Source: a virus (lineage: Duplodnaviria > Caudoviricetes). Taken from it: 64,000 nt of DNA. Below, piece after piece: positions 16,836 through 26,106 of this stretch. Where the stretch lies: positions 1 through 64,000 of IMG/VR virus record IMGVR_UViG_3300011008_000041; one strand, 5' to 3'. The notes under the pieces were generated by a model. The model ran no database searches, was not told where the DNA came from, and saw only the letters and a program-made list of their open reading frames with translations. Each line of letters starts with the position of its first letter. The first letter of the stretch is position 1. A program made the translations under genes and the position numbers.

Positions 16836-16989
16836 TTTTCTTCACCTCCTTCTCAGCGATTCGGACGCAGATACCCGCGACGGCTATGGAGCCAATCGCC
16901 CAGAGCGGACGGGTTTCGATCAAGGCCGGGCCGACAATAAAGATCATCAACGCTGCCGTGCTGTAGAAAATGTTCTGTGCCTTGTTCAT
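16822..16989 (-). CDS. small membrane protein (55 aa; not in ORF track)
   Basis: MNKAQNIFYSTAALMIFIVGPALIETRPLWAIGSIAVAGICVRIAEKEVKKSGRR; RBS aggggtga. Confidence 0.55.
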   Translation of the reverse strand: MNKAQNIFYSTAALMIFIVGPALIETRPLWAIGSIAVAGICVRIAEKEVKKSGRR

Positions 16990-17141
16990 ATTGGTTCACC
17001 CCTTTCGTCATGCGTTTTGGCCCATTCCTCATATTCCCGTTTTAGCTCTGGATCGCTCAGCGCCAGTCGAACACTGTCATTCAGCGCTCGGCATGAAGCC
17101 TCCCATACGCTTTCAGGAATTAGTTTTGGATCGATGCCCAT
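16986..17141 (-). CDS. hypothetical protein (51 aa)
   Basis: RBS agaaagga before MGIDPKLIP. Confidence 0.6.
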   Translation of the reverse strand: MGIDPKLIPESVWEASCRALNDSVRLALSDPELKREYEEWAKTHDERGEPI

Positions 17142-17162
17142 AAATGGATCCTTTCTTCTGCC

Positions 17163-17462
17163 TATCCGCTCCACGGTGCCAACACAGGGTTGTCGTACTT
17201 GGAACCCCACAAGACAGACATTCAGACAGACAGTGTAATCGTGTGTTCGTGTTGGCACTATGGAACGGATAAGTAGTTTGGCGTACTTGGTCGTTCGATC
17301 TATCCGCTCCACGGCACCGCCATCCTCCGATAAGGTCAGAAAGGAGATATGTCACAATGGCAGCAGTCATCCGCATGAAGGGGTAGCGCAGCGCGCTCGC
17401 TCTTGGCCATCAAGCGGCTCGATGGAGCAAGAGTAAAGAATGGCGGCACGGTGGAACGGATA
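17163..17462 (-). ncRNA. two tandem structured RNA units closed by homologous 23-bp stems
   Basis: TATCCGTTCCA..TGCC...GG(C/T)(A/G)CCGTGGAGCGGATA brackets at 17301-17462 and 17163-17271, with compensatory changes. Confidence 0.55.
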
Positions 17463-17479
17463 ATCCTTAGTGGCTCATT

Positions 17480-17707
17480 TTAGGCGCATTTATGCGACTT
17501 TTGAGACAAAAAAATAGCGATTGCTTCATCCGTGGTCAGATCCAGAACTTCGCACATCTTATGTATGTCCCTTATCTGTAGGCGACCGGAATTCAGGCGT
17601 CTCCTTAAAGTTGCGCGATCAATGCCCAATTCTTCTGCCAAGACCTCTTGAGTGATTCCACATTCAACGATTTTTGCCTGCAATTTCTTTATATCGATTT
17701 GATACAT
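17480..17707 (-). CDS. Cro-like HTH regulator
   Basis: ITQEVLAEELGIDRATLRRRL HTH; divergent from the repressor. Confidence 0.85.
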   Translation of the reverse strand: MYQIDIKKLQAKIVECGITQEVLAEELGIDRATLRRRLNSGRLQIRDIHKMCEVLDLTTDEAIAIFLSQKSHKCA

Positions 17708-17723
17708 CGGTTCCTCCTTTCCA

Positions 17724-17840
17724 GTAGCATTTTTGCTACTTCTTGGTTAAACATTACACCACAGCGAAACAAAAGTCAATACAAATGTCGCAATTTTGCA
17801 ATATCAAAATGTTGCAATTTTGCCCCACGCCTGTTATACT
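17724..17840. promoter_or_regulatory. lysis/lysogeny switch: divergent promoters and three GCA(A/T)TTTTGC operators
   Basis: Minus TTGACT-17-TAATGT (17779-17751); plus TTGCAA-17-TATACT (17812-17840); palindromic boxes at 17727, 17790, 17814. Confidence 0.7.
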
Positions 17841-17870
17841 ATATACAACATGCACGGGGTGGTGTTACTT

Positions 17871-18206
17871 ATGACTACAGGCGAACGGATCAGAGAGCGA
17901 AGAAAGGCTATAGGTATGTCGGCAGATACTCTTGCCGAGAAGATCGGTCTGTCAAGGTCTACCATTTTCCGTTACGAGAACGGTTTCATTGAGAAAATGC
18001 CAATAGAAAATCTGGTGCCAATAGCGCGAGCCCTCCGAACGACTGTTGGCTATTTAATGGGATGGGAAGAAGAAGCACCCATCACCGGCGCCGATGATGA
18101 GTGCGAAAAAGAAGCTATGCAATATTTTGAGGCTCTTTCAGAGACTCGCAAGGCCGAGGCTCTGAATTACCTTCGATATCTTGCAGTGAACGAAGATAGA
18201 AAATGA
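17871..18206 (+). CDS. CI-like XRE repressor (no obvious S24 peptidase domain)
   Basis: MTTGERIRERRKAIGMSADTLAEKIGLSRSTIFRYENG. Confidence 0.9.
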   Translation: MTTGERIRERRKAIGMSADTLAEKIGLSRSTIFRYENGFIEKMPIENLVPIARALRTTVGYLMGWEEEAPITGADDECEKEAMQYFEALSETRKAEALNYLRYLAVNEDRK

Positions 18207-18431
18207 ACTCATCCCGCTCAGCAGATGTCAAAAGCATATAGAGGCCCCTTATGTCCGCCCATGTCATATTATACATTTCGGTACGCCTCCAATTTGTGAT
18301 GATCTGCCAGCAGTAAATCAATTATATCACACTATATGTTACTTTTGTTACTTTTGCAGAAAGTTTACGTATGCCCGTAAGACTGTTACGCAAAGCGAAA
18401 ACTAAATTCATAGTAAGGAAAGGTTGTAATC

Positions 18432-19505
18432 ATGCGACGACTTTTTTCTATAGTTCTTGCCTTGCTTATGATTTGCGCTGCCGGGTGCAACTCATCAGGA
18501 AAAAGCGGTTCTGTGATGAAGGATTCATTATCTTTCGATACTCTTCCGTCTGTGATCTCATGCGGTGAATATTCGTTTGAAATTACTGACGTTTCTTTTT
18601 CCCAAACCAAAACAGACTCCAGCTATACCGGATATATTATCGTTGCATTTGATCGTTCTGCATTATCCGATGATGACGTGTTTGATCTGTTCTATAGCAA
18701 GGAAGATCGATATACGGAAAAGATGGACGTAAACGCTTATCTGAGCGGATCTGATTCAGAGTCCATTGATTGCATTGGCTCGAATTATGACGATCAATAT
18801 GTGTACTTCGCGTTTCAGACCAACACGCAGGAAGATCCATTGTCAAACAGCAGGTTCTCTATACAGATTGTTTCCGCTCCTGATGGCAACATTCTTGATG
18901 ATTCTACAATTTATTACTATTACCGTTTCCAATTATCCGATGATGAAGATTATAGTTCAACTACACTTGATCGGAATGAGTATACCGCTTTGTCAAGGAT
19001 AATCGACCAGAATGAAGTCGACAAAGCATGGGCTTCTTCGCAATGGACGGTCGAGCACTTTGTTGACGAGTTTGGTGACGAAACAGAGAACATGTATGTC
19101 CGTAGTAAAATGATTTCTGGGTATTTCAGCAACACTGCAACAAGTCATTCTGAATTAACTGTTTACGTCTATTATGAAAAAGGGGACTATATTAAGTTTA
19201 GGCTTCTTGAATATGGGAACCACAAGGCAACGCATTTATCATCCGACAAAATAACCTTGAGATTCAAAATAGATGGCGAAACATACAGCATGACGTTGAA
19301 AGGTGGTTCTGATTTGTCTGGCGACGTCTATACTTCAGCTACGATGAACGAATATGATAAAAAAGATTTTTCCATTTTAAAAGACGCCTTGTTGTCAGGG
19401 GAAGTATTTCCCTGCTACATAAAAATTGGTAATTCTTCTGAATATCATTTTACCGTAGATGGGCTTGGTTTTGCTCTTGCTCTCGACGAAATAGGTATAA
19501 GTTGA
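18432..19505 (+). CDS. AT-rich lipoprotein moron
   Basis: Signal peptide with lipobox-like AAGC; visibly lower GC than flanks. Confidence 0.75.
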   Translation: MRRLFSIVLALLMICAAGCNSSGKSGSVMKDSLSFDTLPSVISCGEYSFEITDVSFSQTKTDSSYTGYIIVAFDRSALSDDDVFDLFYSKEDRYTEKMDVNAYLSGSDSESIDCIGSNYDDQYVYFAFQTNTQEDPLSNSRFSIQIVSAPDGNILDDSTIYYYYRFQLSDDEDYSSTTLDRNEYTALSRIIDQNEVDKAWASSQWTVEHFVDEFGDETENMYVRSKMISGYFSNTATSHSELTVYVYYEKGDYIKFRLLEYGNHKATHLSSDKITLRFKIDGETYSMTLKGGSDLSGDVYTSATMNEYDKKDFSILKDALLSGEVFPCYIKIGNSSEYHFTVDGLGFALALDEIGIS

Positions 19506-19526
19506 CGAAAACTGGAGGATAAGACT

Positions 19527-19688
19527 ATGACAGATCAAAAAGCATCCGCCATTGCATTTGAAAAGGATCCAGTCAAGCGCGATGCAATGATCGACGAACT
19601 GACCGCTGACGAGGTAAAGGAACTGCTGAAGCTGACGCTCCGGGTTGTCAACTTCGACGAGCAACGCAAGGCACGAGGGGAGATATAA
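19527..19688 (+). CDS. small hypothetical protein (53 aa; not in ORF track)
   Basis: ggagg RBS; MTDQKASAIAFEKDPVKRDAMIDELTADEVKELLKLTLRVVNFDEQRKARGEI. Confidence 0.55.
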   Translation: MTDQKASAIAFEKDPVKRDAMIDELTADEVKELLKLTLRVVNFDEQRKARGEI

Positions 19689-19799
19689 AAAGAACCGTCC
19701 CCGGCGTTGGAAGCACCGGGGGGCGGCATAGAGGTCAGACCGCTTTGAGAGAGTCGTGTCTGCTCTCTGATCATAGCATAGATCGGAGGAAAGCACAAG

Positions 19800-21395
19800 G
19801 TGAAGGTGCAGCCACCGTCAACTGAACAGGAGAAGGGCGTTATTTACGCCCGCTATTCCTCTGCCGGTCAGCGAGATGAGAGCATCGAGGGACAGCTCCG
19901 TGACTGCCATGCATTCGCGGAGCGGTTCGGCATCCGCATCGTAGGCGAGTACTGTGACCGCGCTCTGACTGGAACGTCGGATAAGCGCCCGGAGTTCCAG
20001 CGCATGATAAAGGACAGCGCCAAGGGACAGTTCTCCGTCGTGATATGTTGGAAGAACGACCGCTTCGCCCGCTCGCGATACGACAGTGCGATATACAAGG
20101 CCCGGCTCAAGCAGAACGGCGTCAAAGTGCTGTACGCGAAAGAGAGTATACCGGACGGCCCGGAGGGGATCATCCTCGAATCCGTCATGGAGGGCTTTGC
20201 GGAATACTACTCAGCCAACCTATCCCAGAACGTGAAGCGGGGCAACTATGACAGCGCTCTCCAGCGGCAGACGCTTGGCCAAACTGTGTATGGCCTTCGA
20301 AAAGGACCTGACAAGAGGTTTGAGTTGGACCCGGCCACCGCCCCCGTTGTGCGACGTATCTTTCAAGAATATGCCGATGGCAGGCCCATGAAAGAGATAT
20401 ATGCCGATCTGAACCGTGAGGGATATCGTACAAGCAGAGGGAACCTCTTCAACAAGAATTCCCTGCGGCGCATTCTTCAGAACAAGAAATACATGGGCGT
20501 ATACGAGTACGCAGATATTTATGATGAGAACGGTATACCGCCGATCGTTGACAAAGACTTGTTTGAGAGGGTGCAGAAAATGCTTGACCTTCATCATGAG
20601 GCTCCTGCGCTAAAGAAGATAGACGGTGGTTTTTTGCTCACAGCCAAACTGTTCTGTGGCGAGTGCGGTAAGCCGATGACCGGCGACGGCGGCACCGGCA
20701 AGAGCGGAAAGGTATATGCCTATTACACCTGCAAAGGCAGACGCGAGCATAAATGCAAAAAAGAACGCGCAGCGAAAGAGTGGATCGAAGATATCGTTGT
20801 CCAGGCGCTCGCCAACATCGTCAACGACGATGATATGATACAGGACTTTGCAGACCGATTCATGGAATGGCAAGAGCGGCAGAACAATGACGACGTGCTG
20901 GATGGTCTGGAAAACCAGCTGCGCCAGGTTGAGACTGCTATCAAGAACAATCTCAACCTGATAAACACCGGCTTCATCACCGACAGTGTCAAAAGTAATC
21001 TGATGGAGTTGGAAAGCCAGAAGGCCGCGATCGAGGTCGGCATAGCAAAGGAAAAGTTGGAAGGTAGCGCCCCCCAAATTCCGCGAAAGTCCATCGTTTG
21101 GTTCATGAAACGCTTCCGAACAAAGGACACTTCTGATATCAGGTGGAGGATTCACATCATCGACACCTTCCTCAAGGCGGCATATCTCTACGACGACGGA
21201 CGCCTGATACTCCATTTGAATTTCAGCGGTGACAAGAGCGCGGTATCGCTGAAAATCGCGGAGGCAGCGATTGCAGAGGGCGAGGCTCTGTGTTCAGATT
21301 TCGCGCCGCCCGGCGTACCAAATGGCGCGAATTTGAACACCCGAGTTTACTTCCATAACGGAGTACTCGCGGCTCTTGTTTTCGCGCAAAATTGA
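19800..21395 (+). CDS. large serine recombinase (integrase)
   Basis: VIYARYSS catalytic motif, recombinase domain, CGECGKPM..YYTC..C Zn ribbon, coiled coil. Confidence 0.95.
   Translation: MKVQPPSTEQEKGVIYARYSSAGQRDESIEGQLRDCHAFAERFGIRIVGEYCDRALTGTSDKRPEFQRMIKDSAKGQFSVVICWKNDRFARSRYDSAIYKARLKQNGVKVLYAKESIPDGPEGIILESVMEGFAEYYSANLSQNVKRGNYDSALQRQTLGQTVYGLRKGPDKRFELDPATAPVVRRIFQEYADGRPMKEIYADLNREGYRTSRGNLFNKNSLRRILQNKKYMGVYEYADIYDENGIPPIVDKDLFERVQKMLDLHHEAPALKKIDGGFLLTAKLFCGECGKPMTGDGGTGKSGKVYAYYTCKGRREHKCKKERAAKEWIEDIVVQALANIVNDDDMIQDFADRFMEWQERQNNDDVLDGLENQLRQVETAIKNNLNLINTGFITDSVKSNLMELESQKAAIEVGIAKEKLEGSAPQIPRKSIVWFMKRFRTKDTSDIRWRIHIIDTFLKAAYLYDDGRLILHLNFSGDKSAVSLKIAEAAIAEGEALCSDFAPPGVPNGANLNTRVYFHNGVLAALVFAQN
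21292..21338. other. candidate attP inside the 3' end of the integrase
   Basis: Imperfect inverted arms gttcagatttcgcgcc / ggcgcgaatttgaac around gcccggcgtaccaaat. Confidence 0.5.
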
Positions 21396-21441
21396 AAAGA
21401 GTAGCAACCATGTTATAATATTGCATGGTTGCTACTCTTTT
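21395..21441. terminator. perfect 18-bp inverted repeat after the integrase
   Basis: aaaagagtagcaaccatg...catggttgctactctttt followed by a T-run. Confidence 0.75.
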
Positions 21442-21567
21442 TTTTACTTTATACGCGCTCCACCTTTACGCTTGCTGTCACATATCCGACGCACGTCTGG
21501 AAAGTTTCGACAAATCACAGCAGAATACGGAAAAATGTGCTATACAAGCGTAAAGGAGTAACGCGCT

Positions 21568-21810
21568 ATGATTAAAATTTTACTGTCAGCCCGCCTCGGC
21601 GAAAGGCGGATGACGCAATCCGCAGTAGCCCAGGCCGCGAACATCAGACCGGCAACGGTAAGTCACATGTACAACGAGTTCTGCGACCGTATCATGCTTG
21701 CCCACCTCAACAACCTCTGCAAGGTCCTCAACTGCACTGTCGGTGATCTACTCGAATACGTCCCCGACGAAGAAGATGAGGAAGAGATCGGCAGCAAGAA
21801 AAAAGGCTAA
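21568..21810 (+). CDS. XRE/Cro-type HTH regulator
   Basis: MTQSAVAQAANIRPATVS..LNCTVGDLLEYVPD. Confidence 0.85.
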   Translation: MIKILLSARLGERRMTQSAVAQAANIRPATVSHMYNEFCDRIMLAHLNNLCKVLNCTVGDLLEYVPDEEDEEEIGSKKKG

Positions 21811-21834
21811 GCGGTGCTCCTCTGCCCCGGATGC

Positions 21835-22089
21835 TTATGCGTCCGGGGTTTTTCTATATTCCTCGCGTAGATCATCCTGCGTCAGTGGTATCACAGTTCC
21901 GTCCGGATATGTGAATTGCAACCGCGCACCTGTTAGACTGGCGATCTGTATCAGCTCGTCTGCTGTGAAGCGATTCAAGCGGAGCTTATTGCTCAAACTC
22001 GCATCGCTGGTAACGCCGAGCACTTCTCCAAGATCCGACCTTGTCTTCCCGGCCAACTCAAGCAGAGCTTTGACTTTATCTGAGACCAT
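21835..22089 (-). CDS. small HTH-like regulator
   Basis: KTRSDLGEVLGVTSDASLSNKLRLNRFTADEL. Confidence 0.7.
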   Translation of the reverse strand: MVSDKVKALLELAGKTRSDLGEVLGVTSDASLSNKLRLNRFTADELIQIASLTGARLQFTYPDGTVIPLTQDDLREEYRKTPDA

Positions 22090-22176
22090 GGTATCCCTCC
22101 TTCCTGTTTACACCATACTAACACCGAAAAGATGAAAAGTCAAACTAGAAAAATTAAATTTTTTCTCAAAAAGGTG

Positions 22177-22205
22177 TTGACTTTTTCATCATATAGGTAT
22201 AATAT
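22177..22205 (+). promoter_or_regulatory. promoter for the small-gene cluster
   Basis: AT-rich UP element, TTGACT-17-TAATAT with overlapping TATAAT. Confidence 0.65.
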
Positions 22206-22256
22206 ATCACCAGAAAGATAAAGAAATACACCGAACCGATTAGGGAGGAGTCTCCA

Positions 22257-22454
22257 ATGAAAAAAGGTCTTGAAGCGATCTCGGCCAGAACCGAAAAGCT
22301 CTGGAACGAAGTAGTCAAAAAGTACGGCCCCCACACCTACGTCCTCGCGGTGAACGGACTGGATGAGGTAGTTCTCTCCAAGGGTTACACGAAGGACATC
22401 GCCAAAGGCAACCGCGAAGTACAGAGAGTTCTCAAAGAACTCTTGAACGCCTGA
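22257..22454 (+). CDS. small early protein
   Basis: RBS ggaggag. Confidence 0.7.
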   Translation: MKKGLEAISARTEKLWNEVVKKYGPHTYVLAVNGLDEVVLSKGYTKDIAKGNREVQRVLKELLNA

Positions 22455-22473
22455 CTGATAGGAGGATCCAGAA

Positions 22474-22770
22474 ATGAAGATCGTTAAAACAGACTTCCAC
22501 ATGAACGTGAACAGCTCCAGCAGTTGGATCGTTTACATCACAAAAAGCCAGGAAGACTACAGATCCATCTACAGCATGGAAATGACGAAGCGGGAACTGC
22601 TTCACGATCAGCTCGGCTGGTACTACAGCGTTGGCGGTCGAGACACCATCCAAAGTGATTGCCGCGCGCCAGAATTCTTTCACGGCGACGAGTTCAAAAT
22701 GGTTGCCGTCGAGCATAACAACGGGGATTGGAACCTTGCCCCAACCTACACCCTGTACATCGTAACGTAA
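22474..22770 (+). CDS. small early protein
   Basis: RBS aggagga. Confidence 0.7.
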   Translation: MKIVKTDFHMNVNSSSSWIVYITKSQEDYRSIYSMEMTKRELLHDQLGWYYSVGGRDTIQSDCRAPEFFHGDEFKMVAVEHNNGDWNLAPTYTLYIVT

Positions 22771-22821
22771 GAACTCACACGCCGAGCCGGGGCGGCTAAT
22801 CCCCGGCAGAAAGGATCGGCA

Positions 22822-23004
22822 ATGGAACGAGAGGAGATCATGGTCTGTGTCGCTGAATACTTCGGCATCGAGCCTGACGAGAACGGTGAGCACGACATCA
22901 ATGATTACGACTGGCAGGCCGGGTGCTACATCGGCAGCGACGGGCGGTTCCTGTCCCTCGCGGAAGTCGTGAAGTGCATCGAGAGTTTCATCTACGATAT
23001 CTGA
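22822..23004 (+). CDS. small acidic early protein
   Basis: RBS agaaagga after a hairpin. Confidence 0.7.
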   Translation: MEREEIMVCVAEYFGIEPDENGEHDINDYDWQAGCYIGSDGRFLSLAEVVKCIESFIYDI

Positions 23005-23019
23005 TAGGAGGATTGAATC

Positions 23020-23466
23020 ATGAAAAACAACTTTGCAGAAGAGTATGCCCGGGACATGGCGATCCACAACGCATATGACGCGGCCCGCGATGCGAACGAC
23101 GAGGCCGGAAAGGAAAAGGCCCGTGCGGACCACAAGGAGTTTGACAACGATCTGATGCTGAAAGGCAACTCCTACTGCCGGCTGTACGACCTCTACAAAC
23201 TGGCCCGCGACGCTGGGAACGAGTACATCGACTTCTCCGACGTCATCTGGGACAAGGATGTTCCAGCAAAGATCGAGAGCCTCCGCGAGTGCGGGATCGA
23301 GAAGTTCACTTTCTCCTCCACCTGGAGCAGCGCCGTCGAAACGGCGTGGCTGTTCCTGCAGAACGGATGCTCCCTGGAAGGTCTGGTTCAGATCAACAGC
23401 CGGTTCAACAAGTTCATGAGCGAAGATCGGGAACGGATCCCGGCTTACCTCTTCGCAGTCAATTAA
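23020..23466 (+). CDS. conserved hypothetical protein
   Basis: RBS; IEKFTFSSTWS..GCSLEGLVQIN. Confidence 0.75.
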   Translation: MKNNFAEEYARDMAIHNAYDAARDANDEAGKEKARADHKEFDNDLMLKGNSYCRLYDLYKLARDAGNEYIDFSDVIWDKDVPAKIESLRECGIEKFTFSSTWSSAVETAWLFLQNGCSLEGLVQINSRFNKFMSEDRERIPAYLFAVN

Positions 23467-23478
23467 GGAGGAAGCAGA

Positions 23479-23718
23479 ATGAGAACCACCGTAAAGATGG
23501 ACGCACAAGCACTTCGTTCCCTCATGGGCGAAAACTTCGACTACGACGAGTATGAGAAAGGCCGCAAGGACGCGAGAGACCTTTTCCGCAAAAGCCCGGA
23601 GATCCGAGAGGGAAAAGTCGAGGAGGTAAAACAGGTCATCGAAAGCGGCGAGTACCGCCACCGTCCCGGCCCGTCCTACTGGATCGGATGCCTGACAGAA
23701 GCAGATTTCACTTGGTAA
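23479..23718 (+). CDS. small early protein
   Basis: RBS aaggagg. Confidence 0.7.
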   Translation: MRTTVKMDAQALRSLMGENFDYDEYEKGRKDARDLFRKSPEIREGKVEEVKQVIESGEYRHRPGPSYWIGCLTEADFTW

Positions 23719-23726
23719 AGGAGGAA

Positions 23727-24014
23727 ATGAAAATGCTGTACCCGCAAATCACCCGCACCCCTCATTGGAGCGTAAGCGACGTCCGCGAGGCTTGCATCAG
23801 AAACAGCCTCTATACCCGCGGAACCAATGAGGAATACATGAAGATGTTCAATATGGTGAGTCGGGTTCCCAACCCGTCTGACATCGGCATCTGGCAGGTA
23901 GCCAAGGACATCGCCGAGCACAGCGCCGGCCAGACCGTCACGAACGTGATGTTCATCCTCGCAAATGAGGCGGTCAAGTACACCTTCGAGCTCGACGGCA
24001 ACGACGACATCTGA
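23727..24014 (+). CDS. small early protein
   Basis: RBS aaaggagg before MKMLYP. Confidence 0.7.
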   Translation: MKMLYPQITRTPHWSVSDVREACIRNSLYTRGTNEEYMKMFNMVSRVPNPSDIGIWQVAKDIAEHSAGQTVTNVMFILANEAVKYTFELDGNDDI

Positions 24015-24063
24015 ACCATATACGCCCTCCCGGCCGGGCAATAGACCGGGAGAAAGGAACAGC

Positions 24064-24309
24064 ATGAAGGCCGCTACTCTTATGGATCTGGCAATCAACC
24101 GCATACGCCAGTATCTACCAGAAGATCATGAAATCGACGACATTAACTGCGAGGACAACATTTTCCAGATCTGTGTGTTCGACGTGGCAAAATTCCCTGG
24201 GCGCCTCGTTGATCGTTTCCGCTTTGAGATCAGAGCCAGCGAAACGGAACTGGAAACCTACGACCGTTTCAATGACACACTCTGCAAATTCGTCGAAAGT
24301 TGGAGGTAA
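24064..24309 (+). CDS. small early protein
   Basis: RBS agaaagga after a hairpin. Confidence 0.65.
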   Translation: MKAATLMDLAINRIRQYLPEDHEIDDINCEDNIFQICVFDVAKFPGRLVDRFRFEIRASETELETYDRFNDTLCKFVESWR

Positions 24310-24313
24310 CAAC

Positions 24314-24496
24314 ATGAAATTCTACTTCTACCCTACCCACGGCGGCAAACGCCGGGAGCTGACGGAGGATGAGGTGCGCGAGCACCTCTCCGCCGCCCAG
24401 ATCGAGGAGGCCATTGAAGCCAAACGCGCTGATCCGTTGGAGGAGGTCAGCTATATGAGCGAAGGAGGTTTCATTCACTGTGAATCTTCTGAATGA
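24314..24496 (+). CDS. small early protein
   Basis: RBS ggagg before MKFYFY. Confidence 0.65.
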   Translation: MKFYFYPTHGGKRRELTEDEVREHLSAAQIEEAIEAKRADPLEEVSYMSEGGFIHCESSE

Positions 24497-24938
24497 TGAA
24501 AGAGCTGTGACCGAGTATAAAGTCCAATTCAAACTCGGCCAGGCTATGACAGAATATATAGATGCATTCGTATGGGAAACTGTCAAAGATGGTTCACTTA
24601 CCTGGCACAGGAAAAGAGAGATTGGCGCATGCAAATCACTTAAAGAGGCGTCTGATATAGCCGAAAGGATGGCAAAAAGTTGGCCCGACAAAGCAAATCC
24701 TCTTCAGGCAACGCGGATTGTGTCTCGTGTAAAAATCGTTACCGATTGGGATCCGGAAGAGGGGAGCGAAAAACAATTCCTTGAGCCCATTCGCAGAAGC
24801 GAACTGTGGCCAAGACTTGTAGAAGAGAGAAAAATAAGGGAGCAAACAAAACTTGAAACAGTTGCAGCCCAAATAAATTCTGCCAACACCACCGAAGAAG
24901 TCCTTTCCATCTTGCGCGATTTCAAATACGCTTATTAA
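24480..24938 (+). CDS. AT-rich hypothetical protein
   Basis: RBS aaggagg; overlapping start. Confidence 0.6.
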   Translation: MNLLNDERAVTEYKVQFKLGQAMTEYIDAFVWETVKDGSLTWHRKREIGACKSLKEASDIAERMAKSWPDKANPLQATRIVSRVKIVTDWDPEEGSEKQFLEPIRRSELWPRLVEERKIREQTKLETVAAQINSANTTEEVLSILRDFKYAY

Positions 24939-24949
24939 GGAGGTACACC

Positions 24950-25243
24950 ATGAACACAATCGAGAGGATCAATATGGTCAAGGCCATGGAGTACATCTGT
25001 CGAAACATCAACGATGAAGAGGTTGTCATGACATGGCTTGCCTGCGGCGTCGCTGACGGCGACATCATTTACGGGGACCTTGGCACAAAGGGAACCGACC
25101 CAGAGGAACTAGAATACTACATTGAGGATAAAACGTTTGCTGACCTCATGGACACATTCCTTCGCTGCATGAAACGCGCCTGCAAATCTGGCGGGCTGTA
25201 TTGCGACAGCGTGGTCAGCAAAGCGGATAAAGGGAGTGAATGA
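24950..25243 (+). CDS. hypothetical protein
   Basis: RBS aaggagg. Confidence 0.7.
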   Translation: MNTIERINMVKAMEYICRNINDEEVVMTWLACGVADGDIIYGDLGTKGTDPEELEYYIEDKTFADLMDTFLRCMKRACKSGGLYCDSVVSKADKGSE

Positions 25244-25246
25244 CAC

Positions 25247-25639
25247 ATGACGATAGGTGAAAGAATCAGGTCCGTACGAGAAGCGGCGGAAATGTCGCAG
25301 CAGGAACTGGCTGAACGTGTAGGTGTTCTTTACCAAGCCATCAGTCAGTGGGAACGTGGAGTGCGGTCACCAAAATATCAATCACTACTAAAAATCGCGG
25401 ACGCTCTCGATATTGACGTAACGGAACTAATTACAGGAACAAAATCCGATCTGCATCCGCAATCCGATCAGCGCCCGTGTGCAATTTGGCAGGGCCACAA
25501 CGTAATCGGCTACATCGGTCTGACCAAACTTCAACGTGACACACTCAACGCCATACCGGGCATCGGCTGCTATTTTGGTAGCGACCCGTTGACCAATCCG
25601 GAGATGTATAGCAATACAGATGACACCATGGAGGATTAA
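25247..25639 (+). CDS. XRE-family HTH protein
   Basis: MTIGERIRSVREAAEMSQQELAERVGVLYQAISQWERG. Confidence 0.85.
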   Translation: MTIGERIRSVREAAEMSQQELAERVGVLYQAISQWERGVRSPKYQSLLKIADALDIDVTELITGTKSDLHPQSDQRPCAIWQGHNVIGYIGLTKLQRDTLNAIPGIGCYFGSDPLTNPEMYSNTDDTMED

Positions 25640-25642
25640 CAC

Positions 25643-25855
25643 ATGACCAAACCCACCATCCACTTCAACAGCCGCGGGGAGAGCGGCAATATCTTCTGGA
25701 TCCTGGGGGCGGTCAAAACCGCCCTCCACAAACAGCGGAGGATCACCGACTATAACAACCTGCGCGACCGTGTGACTGCCTCCGGCTCCTACAACGAGGC
25801 CCTGTCTATCATCCGGGAATACGTCGATTTGGTAGACGATGACAGCGAAGTGTGA
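25643..25855 (+). CDS. small conserved protein
   Basis: GESGNIFWILG..SYNEALSIIREYV. Confidence 0.7.
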   Translation: MTKPTIHFNSRGESGNIFWILGAVKTALHKQRRITDYNNLRDRVTASGSYNEALSIIREYVDLVDDDSEV

Positions 25856-25987
25856 CAGACACCTCCTGATTACCCTCTCTCGCCCTCTCCGTTGCGTTGC
25901 AACGGCGTTCTTCGAGACTTCCCCTATAGTTACATGGTATGGAAGAAAAGCACGAGGGAACGCAAAGAAACGACACAAAACGAAAAA

Positions 25988-26023
25988 ACACCCCTCCCGA
26001 TCGCAATTGATCGAGAGGGGTGT
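25988..26023. terminator. hairpin between the convergent early and lysis transcripts
   Basis: acacccctc..cgatc..gatcg..gaggggtgt preceded by an A-run. Confidence 0.6.
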
Positions 26024-26106
26024 AGTCATAGGAGCCTCGTAATTATTTTACGAGGCTGTTGCGAGGTCGTTACGAGGTTGCAAGGTTGTTGCAAGGTTTT
26101 GAAAGG

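Noticed and set aside
18115-18276. Small antisense ORF overlapping the repressor 3' end (MYNMTWADIRG..)
   Set aside because: Has an RBS-like ggagg, but overlaps cI by about 90 nt and has no recognisable motif; too weak to call.
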